Of a stretch of DNA of 64,000 nucleotides, positions 20,382-30,831 are shown piece after piece; position 1 is the stretch's first letter, and each line of letters starts with the position of its first letter. The notes beneath the pieces were generated by a model, which saw nothing but the letters and a program-made list of their open reading frames with translations, was not told the origin of the DNA and searched no databases. Both the position numbers and the translations under genes were made by a program. The stretch is from Verrucomicrobiota bacterium. GTDB taxonomy: Bacteria > Verrucomicrobiota > Verrucomicrobiia > Limisphaerales > UBA9464. The stretch lies in contig VHCG01000012.1 in the NCBI GenBank assembly GCA_016871805.1, forward strand, positions 5,946 through 69,945, given 5' to 3'.

Positions 20382-23300
20382 ATGGACAAATCCCTCTACA
20401 AGCCCAAGGCCCGGTGGCCCCTGTACCTCGCCGCGGGCGCTGCGTTCCTCCTGGTCCTCTACGTCTTTGTCACCAGCTCGCTGTTCCTGAAGTGGATCGT
20501 CCTGCCCCGGGTGGGTGCCGCGCTGGGGAGCGAGGTGGCCGTCACCCGGATCTCGCTCAGCCCGTTCTCGTCGGTTCGTCTCAGTGGTCTGCGCCTGACC
20601 CCCAAGGGTGCCGAGACCCTCGTCGCGGCGGAGGAGGTCCAGGTCCAGTACGACCTCGGTGCCATTCTCGGTGGCACCCTGACCGTCAAGGAGCTGGCGA
20701 TCCAGGCGCCCAGCGTCACCGTGGTTGAGAAGGCCGATGGCACCAGCAACCTGTCGGTGCTCCTCTCCGCCCTTTCCGGTCCCTCCAAACCCGCCACGCC
20801 GTCGGGCCCCTCGGAGCCGACCCGGTTCGATCTCTCGAAGATCGCCCTCCGGAACGGGACCCTGAGGTACACCCGGCATGGGGCCGCCGGTCCGACGGAG
20901 GCGGAGATCTCCGGTCTGCAGGTGACCCTCGACCGTTGGGTGACCGGCCAGCAGGGGAAGGTCGCCATCGAGATGGGGCTTCGGCAGACGGATCGGGGCA
21001 CCAACCAGATCACCGCCAGGCTGTCGGGCAGCGTCGGCCTCGAGCTTGATCCCACGCTGGGTCCCCGCCGGGTCGATGCCGATCTCGCCGTCTCGGGGGT
21101 CCAGGGGGAGGGGCTGTTCCGGGAGGCCACGGGCCTTGGATTGCGGATGGAGACGGTGGTGAATCCCGAGGAGCTCCAGCGGTTCCGCATCGCGGTCTCC
21201 AAGCAGTCCAGTCCGGCCGGCGAGCTCGTGCTGAGCGGTCCGTTCAATGTGGCCCAGCGCGAGGCCCGACTCGACTACGCCCTCTCGGGAATCGACCGCG
21301 TCGCCCTCGGACCCGTCGCGGTCCTGATGGGGATGGACCCGGGCCAGACCCGGATCTCGGCCACAGGTCGTGTGGACGTCACCCGGCAGGGCCAGTGGGT
21401 CGCCTCCTTCGGCAAGCTCGCCGTCGATGCGCTCAGCCTGAAGACCTCCGGCGGACTCACACCGGAGATCGACCTGGGGCTCGACTACCGGTTCCGTGTG
21501 GATCTGGCCGGGAAGTCTGCGCTCCTCGAGAAGGTGGATCTCGATGTCCGGCAGAAATCCCGCGCCCTCCTCCATGGCGGTCTGGACCGCCCCATGAACC
21601 TCTCGTGGGCGGGATCGGTCGCGGGCTTCCGCGAGGCGACGTTTTCCCTCGAGGTGACCCAGCTGGACCTCGCCCCTTGGAGGGCCGTCGCCGGTGCCAA
21701 CCTCCCGGCGGGTCGGGTCGACCTGAAGGCGGGCCTGACTGCCGACCAGGACGGTCGACGACTCCGGCTGCAGACCCAGGGGAGCGTCGATGGCGTGGCC
21801 CTCGACATCGGGGGCGTGTCCGTCCGGGATGTCGCCCTCGCCCTGAACCTGGAGGGATCCTTCGAGGATCTCGAGGTGCTCGCGGTCGATCGTCTGGCCC
21901 TCGCCCTCCGTCATCAGGGCAGGACCGTGGCGACGGCGTCGGGTGATGTCCGTGCAAATCGGCGGAGCGGCGAGCTGAGCGCCCAGACCACCGTCGAGGC
22001 CCAGATCCCCGATCTGCTTCGCCTCGTGCCCGTCGAGGGTGTGGTGCTGGATTCCGGTGTGCTCCGATGGACCGGACAGGTGGCCACGGCATCGGGAAAG
22101 ACCAACCTGTCGGCCTCCATCGCCTTGGAGGCGCTCACCGGTTCCGTGCAGGGAGTGGCCCTCAAGGAATACCGTGTCGGCGTCGAGACCCTGGTCTCCG
22201 TCTCGGGCACCAAGCTGGCGGTCCGCAAAGGCTCCCTGGCGTTCCGCTCGGGTTCGGCTCCCGGTGGCAGCCTAGATGTGACCGGCGACTATGATCTGGG
22301 GCTGCGGCGGGGGGATCTCGATATCCGGACCGTGAACCTGAACGAGAAGGCCATCGGCCCATTCGTGGCGGTGGCCCTCGCGCCGAAGCGGTTGGACTCC
22401 GTCAGCCTCGATTGGACCGGCAAGCTGGGCCTCGACCTTGCGGGGCAATCCTCGGCGAAGAGCTCCCTGAGGATCTCCCGGCTACAGGTGACGGATCCGG
22501 ACGGCGCGCTGCCCGGCACGCCGCTGTCGTTCGGGGTCGACCTCGACGGCTCCCACCGCGGACAGACCCTCACGATCAACAGGCTCCTCCTGGACCTTGG
22601 GTCCACCCCGAGGGCGTCGAACCGCATCGAGGCCACCGCCCTGCTGGGCCTCTCACCCCAGAAACCCCAGCCCAGCCGGGTGCGGATCACCAGCGATGGG
22701 ATCGATCTCGACCCCCTCTACCATCTGTTCGTGGGCGGACGCCCCGCGGCCCGCAAGGACTCTCCCGCTCCCGCTCCCGCCCGGTTGCCCAGCGACTCCT
22801 CCGAACTGGGGAAGCCCATCCCGTTGCCGGTCCAGCAACTGACCTTCGAGTCCGAGATCGCACGGGTCCATTTGCGGGAGGTCGCCGTCACGAACTGGGT
22901 CACCAAGATCTCGACCGAAGGCAGCCGGATCCAGGTCCAGCCCCTGTCGCTGACCCTGAACGGAGCGCCGGCGTCCGCCGCCGCCAAGGTCGACCTCGGT
23001 GTCCAGGGATATCGGTATGAGACGACGGGATCCCTCGATCGCATCCCGGTGGCCCCCACCCTTCATTCGTTCGTCGACCGATCCCTCATGGAGGCCGAGG
23101 GGATGCTGTCCGCGACGTGGACGATCGCCGGTTCCGGAGTGGCTCTCCCCGAGCTTCGCAAGTCCCTCAAGGGGAGCGGTCAGTTCGTGGGGACCAACCT
23201 GAACTACAAGGTCACCTCGACCCGGAATCCCCTCATCGAGACCCTGGTGATGGCCCTGTCGAGGGCGCTCCAGATCCCCAACCTGTCGAAGATGCCGGTC

Positions 23301-23786
23301 GACCTAGTCTCCGCCTCGACCGAGGTCGACCAGGGGATTGTCCGGATCCGTTCGTTCGATGTGGGCAACGCCACCTACCTGGCTTCCGGCAAGGGCACCC
23401 TCGAGCTCCGGGATGTCCTGGCGGACTCCCGCTATGACATCCCCATCTCCGTCTCGGTTCCCGACGAGCTGACCAAGAAGCGGGAGCCGCTTCCGGACTT
23501 CCTCACGATCCGGGGAACCGTGGGCGATCCCAAGGCGGACATTGATCCGGCTGGGGTGGCTCTGGCGTTGGCGCGTCTGCCGGGGCCGCTGGGTGAGCTC
23601 GTCAACCAGGGTACCGGCAAGGTCGAGAAGACGGTGGAACGTGTGGTGGGTGGCGCCGGCGCCGCTGTGGACAACGCACTCAAGGGACTGTTTGGAGGGA
23701 GCGATTCCGGCGGGTCCACCAACGCGACTCGCAGGGTCACGAATGCCCCCGTCCGACCCCTGAATCCCCTGAAGCTATTCAAATAA
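20382..23786 (+). CDS. AsmA-family / TamB-like giant envelope protein
   Basis: 1134 aa with a single N-terminal TM anchor (WPLYLAAGAAFLLVLYVFV). A long repetitive beta-rich body follows, with an AsmA-like N-terminus (ISLSPFSSVRLSGLRL...VQVQYDLGAILGG.LTVKELAIQAPSVTVV). Confidence 0.65.
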   Translation: MDKSLYKPKARWPLYLAAGAAFLLVLYVFVTSSLFLKWIVLPRVGAALGSEVAVTRISLSPFSSVRLSGLRLTPKGAETLVAAEEVQVQYDLGAILGGTLTVKELAIQAPSVTVVEKADGTSNLSVLLSALSGPSKPATPSGPSEPTRFDLSKIALRNGTLRYTRHGAAGPTEAEISGLQVTLDRWVTGQQGKVAIEMGLRQTDRGTNQITARLSGSVGLELDPTLGPRRVDADLAVSGVQGEGLFREATGLGLRMETVVNPEELQRFRIAVSKQSSPAGELVLSGPFNVAQREARLDYALSGIDRVALGPVAVLMGMDPGQTRISATGRVDVTRQGQWVASFGKLAVDALSLKTSGGLTPEIDLGLDYRFRVDLAGKSALLEKVDLDVRQKSRALLHGGLDRPMNLSWAGSVAGFREATFSLEVTQLDLAPWRAVAGANLPAGRVDLKAGLTADQDGRRLRLQTQGSVDGVALDIGGVSVRDVALALNLEGSFEDLEVLAVDRLALALRHQGRTVATASGDVRANRRSGELSAQTTVEAQIPDLLRLVPVEGVVLDSGVLRWTGQVATASGKTNLSASIALEALTGSVQGVALKEYRVGVETLVSVSGTKLAVRKGSLAFRSGSAPGGSLDVTGDYDLGLRRGDLDIRTVNLNEKAIGPFVAVALAPKRLDSVSLDWTGKLGLDLAGQSSAKSSLRISRLQVTDPDGALPGTPLSFGVDLDGSHRGQTLTINRLLLDLGSTPRASNRIEATALLGLSPQKPQPSRVRITSDGIDLDPLYHLFVGGRPAARKDSPAPAPARLPSDSSELGKPIPLPVQQLTFESEIARVHLREVAVTNWVTKISTEGSRIQVQPLSLTLNGAPASAAAKVDLGVQGYRYETTGSLDRIPVAPTLHSFVDRSLMEAEGMLSATWTIAGSGVALPELRKSLKGSGQFVGTNLNYKVTSTRNPLIETLVMALSRALQIPNLSKMPVDLVSASTEVDQGIVRIRSFDVGNATYLASGKGTLELRDVLADSRYDIPISVSVPDELTKKREPLPDFLTIRGTVGDPKADIDPAGVALALARLPGPLGELVNQGTGKVEKTVERVVGGAGAAVDNALKGLFGGSDSGGSTNATRRVTNAPVRPLNPLKLFK

Positions 23787-23804
23787 CCCGTCCGCAGGAT
23801 CGAC

Positions 23805-25184
23805 ATGACCTCCCAGACCCCCATCGAGTACCTTCGTTCCCAGGATGAGCGCCACATCGAGGACCTCCTCGAGTACGCCCGGATCCCGAGCGTCAGCGCC
23901 CAGTCCCAGCATGCCGAGGATCTCCAGAAGGCCGCCCACTGGATCGCCAACCGGTGCCGTCATGCCGGTCTGACGGTCGACATCCATGAGACGCCCACCC
24001 ATCCGATCGTGGTGGCGCGGACCCCCAATCCGGAACCCGGCAAGCCCACTTTCCTGGTCTACGGCCACTACGACGTCCAGCCTCCGGAGCCGTTCGAACT
24101 CTGGACCTCCCCGCCGTTCGAACCGCGTCGGGAGGGCCGCAACGTCTACGCCCGGGGCATCAGCGACAACAAGGGCCAGCACCTCGCCCACATCAACGCG
24201 ATCGAGGCCTGGTTGCAGTTCGGCCAGCCGCTGCCCTGCAACATCACCCTGCTCATCGAGGGGGAGGAGGAGGTCGGATCGACGTCGCTTCTCAAGTTCC
24301 TGCCGGAACACGCCCAGGAGCTCGCCTGTGACGCCGTCGTCATCTCCGACAACGGGATTCCCAGCCTGAAGCATCCGACCCTGACCTACGCCCTGCGCGG
24401 CATCGCCGCGATCGAGATCCGGGTGGATGGACCCGACCGCGACCTGCACTCCGGGATCTTCGGGGGCAGTCTGGACAACCCGGCGATGGTCCTCTGTCAG
24501 ATGCTGGCGCAGATGCGCGATACGAAAGGACGCATCACGGTTCCCGGGCTCTACGAAGACGTCCAGAAGCTCTCCGCCTACGAGCGGCGTCAGATGGCCA
24601 AGCTCCCGTCCAACCCCGACAAATACCGTCGATTCCTGGGTGTGCCCCAGCTCTTCGGCGAGAAGGGCTTCACGCCGGAGGAGCAGCGGACGGCCCGGCC
24701 GACCTTCGAGATCAACGGCCTGACCAGCGGCTACCAGGGCGAGGGCAGCAAGACGATCATCCCGTCCTGGGCCAGCGCGAAGATCACCCTGCGGCTGGTG
24801 CCGGACCAGGAGCCCCGGAAGATCATCGCGGCGGTGAAGAAGCACCTCCAGAGGCTGTGTCCCAAGACCGTCCGGCTGACCGTCCGGCATGGACACGGCG
24901 GCAAACCGTACCTGGTGGACCCGACCGGTCCGCTGGCCCAGGCCGCCCTCAGGGCGATCCAGGCGGGGTTCGGTTGTGAGGCGCTGCTGGCGCGCGAGGG
25001 CGGGAGCATTCCGATCGTGTCGGCCTTCAAGGAACACCTGGGGGCGGATTCGCTGTTGATCGGCATGGCGTTGCCCGATGACAACCCGCATTCGCCCAAC
25101 GAGAAGCTCTCCCTGGATGCCTATGCGGCCGGGATGCGCATGAGTGTCCATCTCTGGGAGGAACTGGCGGCCGCCATGGCCTGA
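23805..25184 (+). CDS. M20-family dipeptidase/deacylase
   Basis: LVYGHYDVQP, GISDNKGQ and EGEEEVGS metal-ligand motifs; 459 aa. Confidence 0.85.
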   Translation: MTSQTPIEYLRSQDERHIEDLLEYARIPSVSAQSQHAEDLQKAAHWIANRCRHAGLTVDIHETPTHPIVVARTPNPEPGKPTFLVYGHYDVQPPEPFELWTSPPFEPRREGRNVYARGISDNKGQHLAHINAIEAWLQFGQPLPCNITLLIEGEEEVGSTSLLKFLPEHAQELACDAVVISDNGIPSLKHPTLTYALRGIAAIEIRVDGPDRDLHSGIFGGSLDNPAMVLCQMLAQMRDTKGRITVPGLYEDVQKLSAYERRQMAKLPSNPDKYRRFLGVPQLFGEKGFTPEEQRTARPTFEINGLTSGYQGEGSKTIIPSWASAKITLRLVPDQEPRKIIAAVKKHLQRLCPKTVRLTVRHGHGGKPYLVDPTGPLAQAALRAIQAGFGCEALLAREGGSIPIVSAFKEHLGADSLLIGMALPDDNPHSPNEKLSLDAYAAGMRMSVHLWEELAAAMA

Positions 25185-25444
25185 GAGCGGGTTGCCGGAT
25201 GTGCCCGGCCCCTGCGTCGATTCCGTCGGGCCTCTAAGCGGGAGCGGGATCCGCAGACGGGGGCCTCCGGGGACCAGGGCGGCCGTGGCCGGGTCCCTGA
25301 TGCGTTCGATGGGCTTCAGTGATGGGGCAGCCCGGGCGATCCAAGGAATGATCCAGTGCACAGCCGTGGGGTGAAGGTCTCGACGGTCGCCTTCGACACC
25401 GCGAGCTTGCGTTCCTCGGGAGAGCTCCGGTCACCGCGGATCCC

Positions 25445-25942
25445 ATGGCCCAGATGGCGGCGCCTGACGACCTCGAAAAGTTGCCGCTGCTCTTCCGGGA
25501 ATCTGCCGAGCCAGCCCAGCATTGGGAGCGCCTCGGGCACGAGGGACAAATCTTCACCCCGTTGGAGGACCTCCTTCCCACGACTCCGGGGTTCTGGCGC
25601 TTCCATGTGCTGCCCCGGATGCAGACCGATCTGGAGGGCGTTCGCCGGTTTCTTGAGGACCCTGCCATGGAGCGGAATGACTATCTCGAATCTGCTGAAT
25701 CCAATACCGTCCGATCCGAGGATGACGGGCCGCGAGTGTCGGGCCGACACCTCCATGGAGCTGCGAACACCCAGCCGTTGATCCTCCAGAAAGCGCGTAA
25801 GCGACCCCGGACCTCAGATGGAAACGCGCCTCCCAGAAGATCCCAGTCCGATCCGAAAGATTCACCTCCACGGATTGAACTCAATTCGATTCCTCTGCGC
25901 GGTCATCGTCACGATCAGTCACACCGGAATCCCCTTCCCTGA
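25445..25942 (+). CDS. hypothetical protein (weak call; extent uncertain)
   Basis: The first roughly 85 codons look protein-like (DDLEKLPLLFRESAEPAQHWERLGHEGQIFTPLEDLLPTTPGFWRFHVLPRMQTDLEGVRRFLEDP). GC3 is about 77 percent by my count, but GC1 is nearly as high, so the antisense ORF 25316..25756 is not excluded. The 3' third overlaps the acyltransferase start. Confidence 0.25.
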   Translation: MAQMAAPDDLEKLPLLFRESAEPAQHWERLGHEGQIFTPLEDLLPTTPGFWRFHVLPRMQTDLEGVRRFLEDPAMERNDYLESAESNTVRSEDDGPRVSGRHLHGAANTQPLILQKARKRPRTSDGNAPPRRSQSDPKDSPPRIELNSIPLRGHRHDQSHRNPLP

Positions 25943-26908
25943 CTGGTTGGAAAAAAACTTCGGTCTCTTCGGCAAACTGGTGGGTGCTCTGGTGGCGAAT
26001 CTCACCAATCCACAGGCGGCCGTGATGGTTTTTTTGTGGTCTCCGGTTTGTGCATCCACCTGCCGCAGGCCGGGGCTGCGACGCCGTATTGGCCTGCGTT
26101 TTTCATCCGTCGATACATGCGTCTCGGTCTGCCGTTGGCAGGTGCACTGGCCTTGGGACTTCTGCTGTCGGCGAAGAACTTTTCCGGGACCAACAGGGTC
26201 TCGGCGATGATCTGGATATGGACCCTGCTGGTTGAATTGATTTTCTACTCGATCTATCCGGTGCTCCTGGTGGCTGTACGCCGATGGGGCTGGCGGATGG
26301 TCACAGCCTTGTCTCTGGTGCTTTCGGGCATCCTTCTCGCGTCCAACCTACAGGTGCTCCATCCGGGCGAGTTTGGTGTCGTCATCTCGGCGATGATCTA
26401 CCTTCCCGTCTGGCTTTCGGGCTGCCATCTCGGGGAGAGGCTTGGGACCTGCGGGCTCCCGACGGCGACCCTGCCCCGACTCTGGGGTTGGAGGGCGGCG
26501 GTCCTGGAGGGATTCGTCGTCACGAGCCTGGTGCTTTACCACGCGCCGGTGGGATGGCCGCCTGTACGCTACCCTGCGGCCGTGATCGGAGTTGGGTTTC
26601 TGGCTTCCCGTTGGCTCGGCTACGAGATGGCCAGATGTTCGACCCATCCCCCTTTTCGCTGGCTCGAATGGTGCGGTTCCTGGAGCTACTCCCTGTACAT
26701 CACGCATTTCATGTGGTTCGGCATTTGGATCCGGCTCGTGGATCAACCGCTGTTTCCCGGCGTTGGAACGCCTTTGGAATTCTTTCCCCGGCTGGCGTTC
26801 ATTTTTGCCGCCACGGTGCTGTTCTACTTCGCCTGTGAGCGTCCTTCGCATATTTTTGCCCGCGATGCGGGACGCTGGTTGGACAAATCGTCTCGCAGGA
26901 AGCGCTAG
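25818..26908 (+). pseudogene. acyltransferase-3 (OafA-like) membrane O-acyltransferase, frameshifted at a T7 tract
   Basis: N-terminal part: METRLPEDPSPIRKIHLHGLNSIRFLCAVIVTISH...NPQAAVMVF. The frame breaks at ttttttt (26029..26035). The next frame continues VVSGLCIHLPQA...YSLYITHFMWF.... One extra T would restore the family motif AVMVFFVVSG. GC is clearly lower than in the neighbours. Confidence 0.75.
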
Positions 26909-27008
26909 GCTGCCCCGATGGGCTCCTCGCGGACGGGTACGAGTCGGACTCCGGCTCTGCGATTCTCCATGTTGGACCAGGTGCCTCTTTCGGGGTTTGC
27001 TGTTGGCA

Positions 27009-29168
27009 GTGCCTCGCGACTACCAGCTCCAGCCCACCTCGGGCTCTGTCAGCCTCCGGATCAACTACGCCGGAGAGCTGAACGCCCAGCAGCTGGCCGC
27101 CGTCACCGCCTCGCCCGGACCGACGCTGGTGCTGGCGGGTGCCGGGGCGGGCAAGACCCGCACGCTAACCTATCGGGTCGCCTGGCTGCTCGAGCACGGA
27201 GTCCCCGCGGAGCGAATCCTGCTCCTCACCTTCACCAACAAATCCGCCCGCGAGATGATGGAGCGGGTCAACGGCCTGATCGGCGAGGACCTCAGCCGGC
27301 TCTGGGGCGGGACCTTCCATTCGGTCGGACTCCGCATCCTGCGTCGGCATGCCGATCGCATCGGCTTCCCGAACGGGTTCACCGTCGCGGACCGCGAGGA
27401 CGCCAAGGACCTCCTTGCGGCCTGCATCCCCGAGGCGGGGGTGGATCCGAAGGCGACCCGGTTCCCGAAGCCCGAGGTGATCGCGGAGATCTACTCCCAG
27501 GCGTTGAACACCGGCCGAACCCTGCGCGAGGTGCTGGAGACGGACCACTCCAGCTTCGTGGAACTGGCCGACACCCTGATCGACATCCAGAAGCGGTTCG
27601 CCGCCCGGAAGCGCGCGGCGGGGCTCCTGGACTTCGACGACCTGCTGGTCCTGTGGCTGCGCCTGCTCCAGGACCACGCCGATCTCCGGGAGTGGTACCA
27701 GCGGCGGTTCCAGCACGTGTTGGTCGACGAGTACCAGGACACCAACGTGCTCCAGGCGACGCTGCTCGACCTGCTGGCCGGGACGCATCGGAACCTCATG
27801 GCCGTTGGGGACGACGCGCAGAGCATCTACTCGTGGCGTGGGGCCAACTTCGCGAACATCCTCGAATTTCCCCGCCGCTACGCCGACGCGCAGGTGTTCC
27901 GGATCGAGACCAACTACCGCAGCACGCCGGAGATCCTGGCCCTCGCCAACGCCGCCATCTCGGGGAATGTCCGGCAGTTCCCGAAGGTCCTCCAGGCGGT
28001 GCGGAAACCCGGATCCAAGCCCGCCCTGGTGGTCTGCAACGACGCCTCGGAGCAGGCGACCTTCATCGCCCAGAGAGTGTTGGAGCTGCGGGATGAAGGA
28101 CGTCCGCTCGACGACATCTGCATCCTCTACCGGTCCCATTTCCATGCGCTCGAGCTCCAGCTGGAGCTCACCCGACGCAACATCCCGTTCCTGATCACCA
28201 GCGGCATCCGGTTCTTCGAGCAGGCGCACATCAAGGATGTCGCGGCGTATCTGAAGTTCCTGACCAATCCGCGCGACGAGCTGGCGTTCAAGCGCCTCGC
28301 CCGGATGCTCCCGGGCATCGGGGGCAAGGGAGCCGAGAAGCTCTGGGAACGCTTCATCACGGAGTGGAACTCGCGGTGTGGTGAACCGATCGGGGATGCC
28401 CTCGTGGTCCGCGCCCCGGTGTCGGACCTCGACGGCGAGCTGGAGGAGGTTTCCCCGGTGCCGGAAGGACCCCGGATGCCCGTCGCTCCCGTGATGGCCG
28501 CGCTGCAGTCGGCCGTCCCTAAGCGTGCCGTCGTCGCGTGGGCCCAGTTCACCGCGACGCTTGCCCAGGGCGAAGACCCGTCCCGGGCGATGTCCCCGGC
28601 CGACCTCATCCGCCATGTGGTCGAGGCCTCCTACAAGGAGTACGTCGAGGCCAACTATGACCGGGCTCCGCGGCGTCTTGAGGAGCTCGAGCAGCTCGCC
28701 CTCTACGCGGCCCAGTTCCAGAGCGTGTCGGACTTCCTGTCGCAGCTGGCCCTGCAGACGAACCTCGAGGCCGACGAATCGGCGAAGGAGGGGGACGACG
28801 AGGAGCGACTGCGGCTCTCGACCGTCCACCAGGCCAAGGGACTCGAGTTCGGCGCGGTGTTTGTGATCATGCTGAGCGACGGATGCTTTCCGACGCAGCG
28901 GGCCGTGGATGCGGCCGATGCGCTCGAGGAGGAGCGTCGGCTGTTCTACGTCGCGGCGACCCGTGGCAAGGACGAGCTCTATCTGCTGTATCCTCTCATG
29001 CGGATGTTCCAGGGGAGCCTCGCGCTCCAGTCGCCGTCGCGCTTCCTGCAGGAGATCCCTGAGGAGCTGATGGAGGAGTGGCGTCTCCGCGGTGCGCCGG
29101 CCTGGGGGAACGATCCGCTGGGACCGCTGCGGGGGTTGGAGGGCGACGCGGGGGATTCGCCGTTCTGA
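27009..29168 (+). CDS. uvrD: UvrD/PcrA/Rep-family ATP-dependent DNA helicase
   Basis: LNAQQLAAV...LVLAGAGAGKTRTLTYR (Walker A), VDEYQDTN, VHQAKGLEF and YVAATRGKDEL. The GTG at 27009 is a guess. The listed ORF start 26592 overlaps the acyltransferase. Confidence 0.9.
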   Translation: MPRDYQLQPTSGSVSLRINYAGELNAQQLAAVTASPGPTLVLAGAGAGKTRTLTYRVAWLLEHGVPAERILLLTFTNKSAREMMERVNGLIGEDLSRLWGGTFHSVGLRILRRHADRIGFPNGFTVADREDAKDLLAACIPEAGVDPKATRFPKPEVIAEIYSQALNTGRTLREVLETDHSSFVELADTLIDIQKRFAARKRAAGLLDFDDLLVLWLRLLQDHADLREWYQRRFQHVLVDEYQDTNVLQATLLDLLAGTHRNLMAVGDDAQSIYSWRGANFANILEFPRRYADAQVFRIETNYRSTPEILALANAAISGNVRQFPKVLQAVRKPGSKPALVVCNDASEQATFIAQRVLELRDEGRPLDDICILYRSHFHALELQLELTRRNIPFLITSGIRFFEQAHIKDVAAYLKFLTNPRDELAFKRLARMLPGIGGKGAEKLWERFITEWNSRCGEPIGDALVVRAPVSDLDGELEEVSPVPEGPRMPVAPVMAALQSAVPKRAVVAWAQFTATLAQGEDPSRAMSPADLIRHVVEASYKEYVEANYDRAPRRLEELEQLALYAAQFQSVSDFLSQLALQTNLEADESAKEGDDEERLRLSTVHQAKGLEFGAVFVIMLSDGCFPTQRAVDAADALEEERRLFYVAATRGKDELYLLYPLMRMFQGSLALQSPSRFLQEIPEELMEEWRLRGAPAWGNDPLGPLRGLEGDAGDSPF

Positions 29169-29172
29169 CCCG

Positions 29173-30240
29173 ATGACGCCCTATCGTCAGTTCCTCGAGC
29201 GCCTCCGGTCGCCCGAGCCGCTGTTGGCCCTGGCTCCGATGCAGGATGTTACGGACCTGCCCTTCTGGACCCTGCTCCACGCCCGTGGGGGACCGGATGT
29301 CTACTGGACGGAGTACTTCCGGGTGACCGCGACGTGGCGGCCCGAGAAATGGATCCTGCGGAGCCTGGTCGAGAACCCGACGGGACGCCCGGCCATCGCC
29401 CAGCTGATCGGCAATGATCCGGAGGCCCTCGCCCGGGCGGCCCGGGTGCTCCAGGAGTATCCGGTGGCGGCGATCGACCTGAACCTCGGCTGTCCGGCGC
29501 CGGTGGTGTACCGCAAGTGTGCGGGAGGGGGACTGCTCCGCGATCCAGCCCGGATCGATGCGGTCCTGGGGGCGTTGCGCGATGCGGTCTCGGTGGCCTT
29601 CACGGTGAAGACGCGCCTCGGATTCGCGGATACCGCCGAGTTCGAGTCGCTTCTGCCGATCTTCGCCCGGCACTCCCTGGACCTTCTGACGATCCATGGA
29701 CGGACCGTGGCCCAGATGTACCGTGGCGACGTTCATTACGACCTCATCGCTGGAGCCGCCGCCCGGCTGCCGTTTCCGGTCCTGGCCAACGGGAACGTGG
29801 GGACCCCGGAGCGGGCCACGGAGGTCCTCGATCGCACCGGTGTGCGCGGGTTGATGATCGGTCGTGGCTGCATCCGGAACCCCTGGCTGTTCGACCAGAT
29901 CCGGGCTCATCGGCGGGGCGGGACGGTCGTCCCTCCGACAGGCCGGGAGGTGCTGGGGTACATCGACGATCTGTGGCGGGTGACGGAGCCTCCGGAATCC
30001 CGGGAACGGCTCCAGGTCGAGCAGATGAAGCGGTACCTGAACTTCATCGGACAGGGGGTGGGCTCGACCCCGGCGGAGGCGGAGGCCTTCCTGCATCGGG
30101 TCCGACGCACAACAACGCGCGACGAGTTCTTCGGCGTCTGCCGGGATGTCTTGGACCACAGGGATCCAATGCCCCTCCGTCCGCATCCGGCCGTGGCGGC
30201 GGCGAAGAACGAGATGGAGTGCATACCGGTATGTTCATGA
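29173..30240 (+). CDS. tRNA-dihydrouridine synthase
   Basis: LAPMQDVTDLPFW, catalytic DLNLGCPAPVV, TVKTRLGF and TIHGRT. Confidence 0.9.
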   Translation: MTPYRQFLERLRSPEPLLALAPMQDVTDLPFWTLLHARGGPDVYWTEYFRVTATWRPEKWILRSLVENPTGRPAIAQLIGNDPEALARAARVLQEYPVAAIDLNLGCPAPVVYRKCAGGGLLRDPARIDAVLGALRDAVSVAFTVKTRLGFADTAEFESLLPIFARHSLDLLTIHGRTVAQMYRGDVHYDLIAGAAARLPFPVLANGNVGTPERATEVLDRTGVRGLMIGRGCIRNPWLFDQIRAHRRGGTVVPPTGREVLGYIDDLWRVTEPPESRERLQVEQMKRYLNFIGQGVGSTPAEAEAFLHRVRRTTTRDEFFGVCRDVLDHRDPMPLRPHPAVAAAKNEMECIPVCS

Positions 30241-30767
30241 CCCTGCAAGCGGCCCTGTTGGGATATGGTGATCTCCGACCGCTTTGGTTCGTGTGCGGTC
30301 TCCTGGTGTCGATTCTGGCCTCCTGGGTGATCTCCCGAAGGGTCCGCTCCCGGAGGAGTCCTTGGCGCCTCATGGTCGCTTCGGCATTCGTCTTTAGCCT
30401 AGGGTTTGTGGTGTTCCTGACGGAGCGAGGCCCCTTCCTTGGAAGGACGCAAAGGAAGGAGTTTCGCATGTCCTGGAAGGTCGAGCCGGTGGAGGCCGAC
30501 GGGGCGCTCCATCGCATCCAGCAGTCCGGGGTCCGCCTTGAGTTTGTCGACTTCCCGGGACACTTCGTGGTGATCCTGTCCGAAGAACTGCTGCAGCACC
30601 TGCGCCAACAGCCTGCGGGTCTGGTGACGGCGACCTTCGACGTGACGTACGACTACGGCAGGGCCAGTGGGTACAACTATGTTGAAGTGGCTGGGCTGCG
30701 GGACTGGGTGGAGGAGTTCAGCTGGGGAGGAACGGTAGACAATCCTAGGCGATCGCCTTGGGAGTGA
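30231..30767 (+). CDS. hypothetical two-TM membrane protein
   Basis: MFMTLQAALLGYGDLRPLWFVCGLLVSILASWVI... and a second helix MVASAFVFSLGFVVFL, then a roughly 100-aa soluble domain. The start overlaps the dus stop by 10 nt. No family recognised. Confidence 0.5.
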   Translation: MFMTLQAALLGYGDLRPLWFVCGLLVSILASWVISRRVRSRRSPWRLMVASAFVFSLGFVVFLTERGPFLGRTQRKEFRMSWKVEPVEADGALHRIQQSGVRLEFVDFPGHFVVILSEELLQHLRQQPAGLVTATFDVTYDYGRASGYNYVEVAGLRDWVEEFSWGGTVDNPRRSPWE

Positions 30768-30831
30768 GTGTCAGGATGTCGGGGCCGGGCCCTTGTGGAC
30801 TTCCTTCTGGATGCGGGAGAAACCGTGCGGG

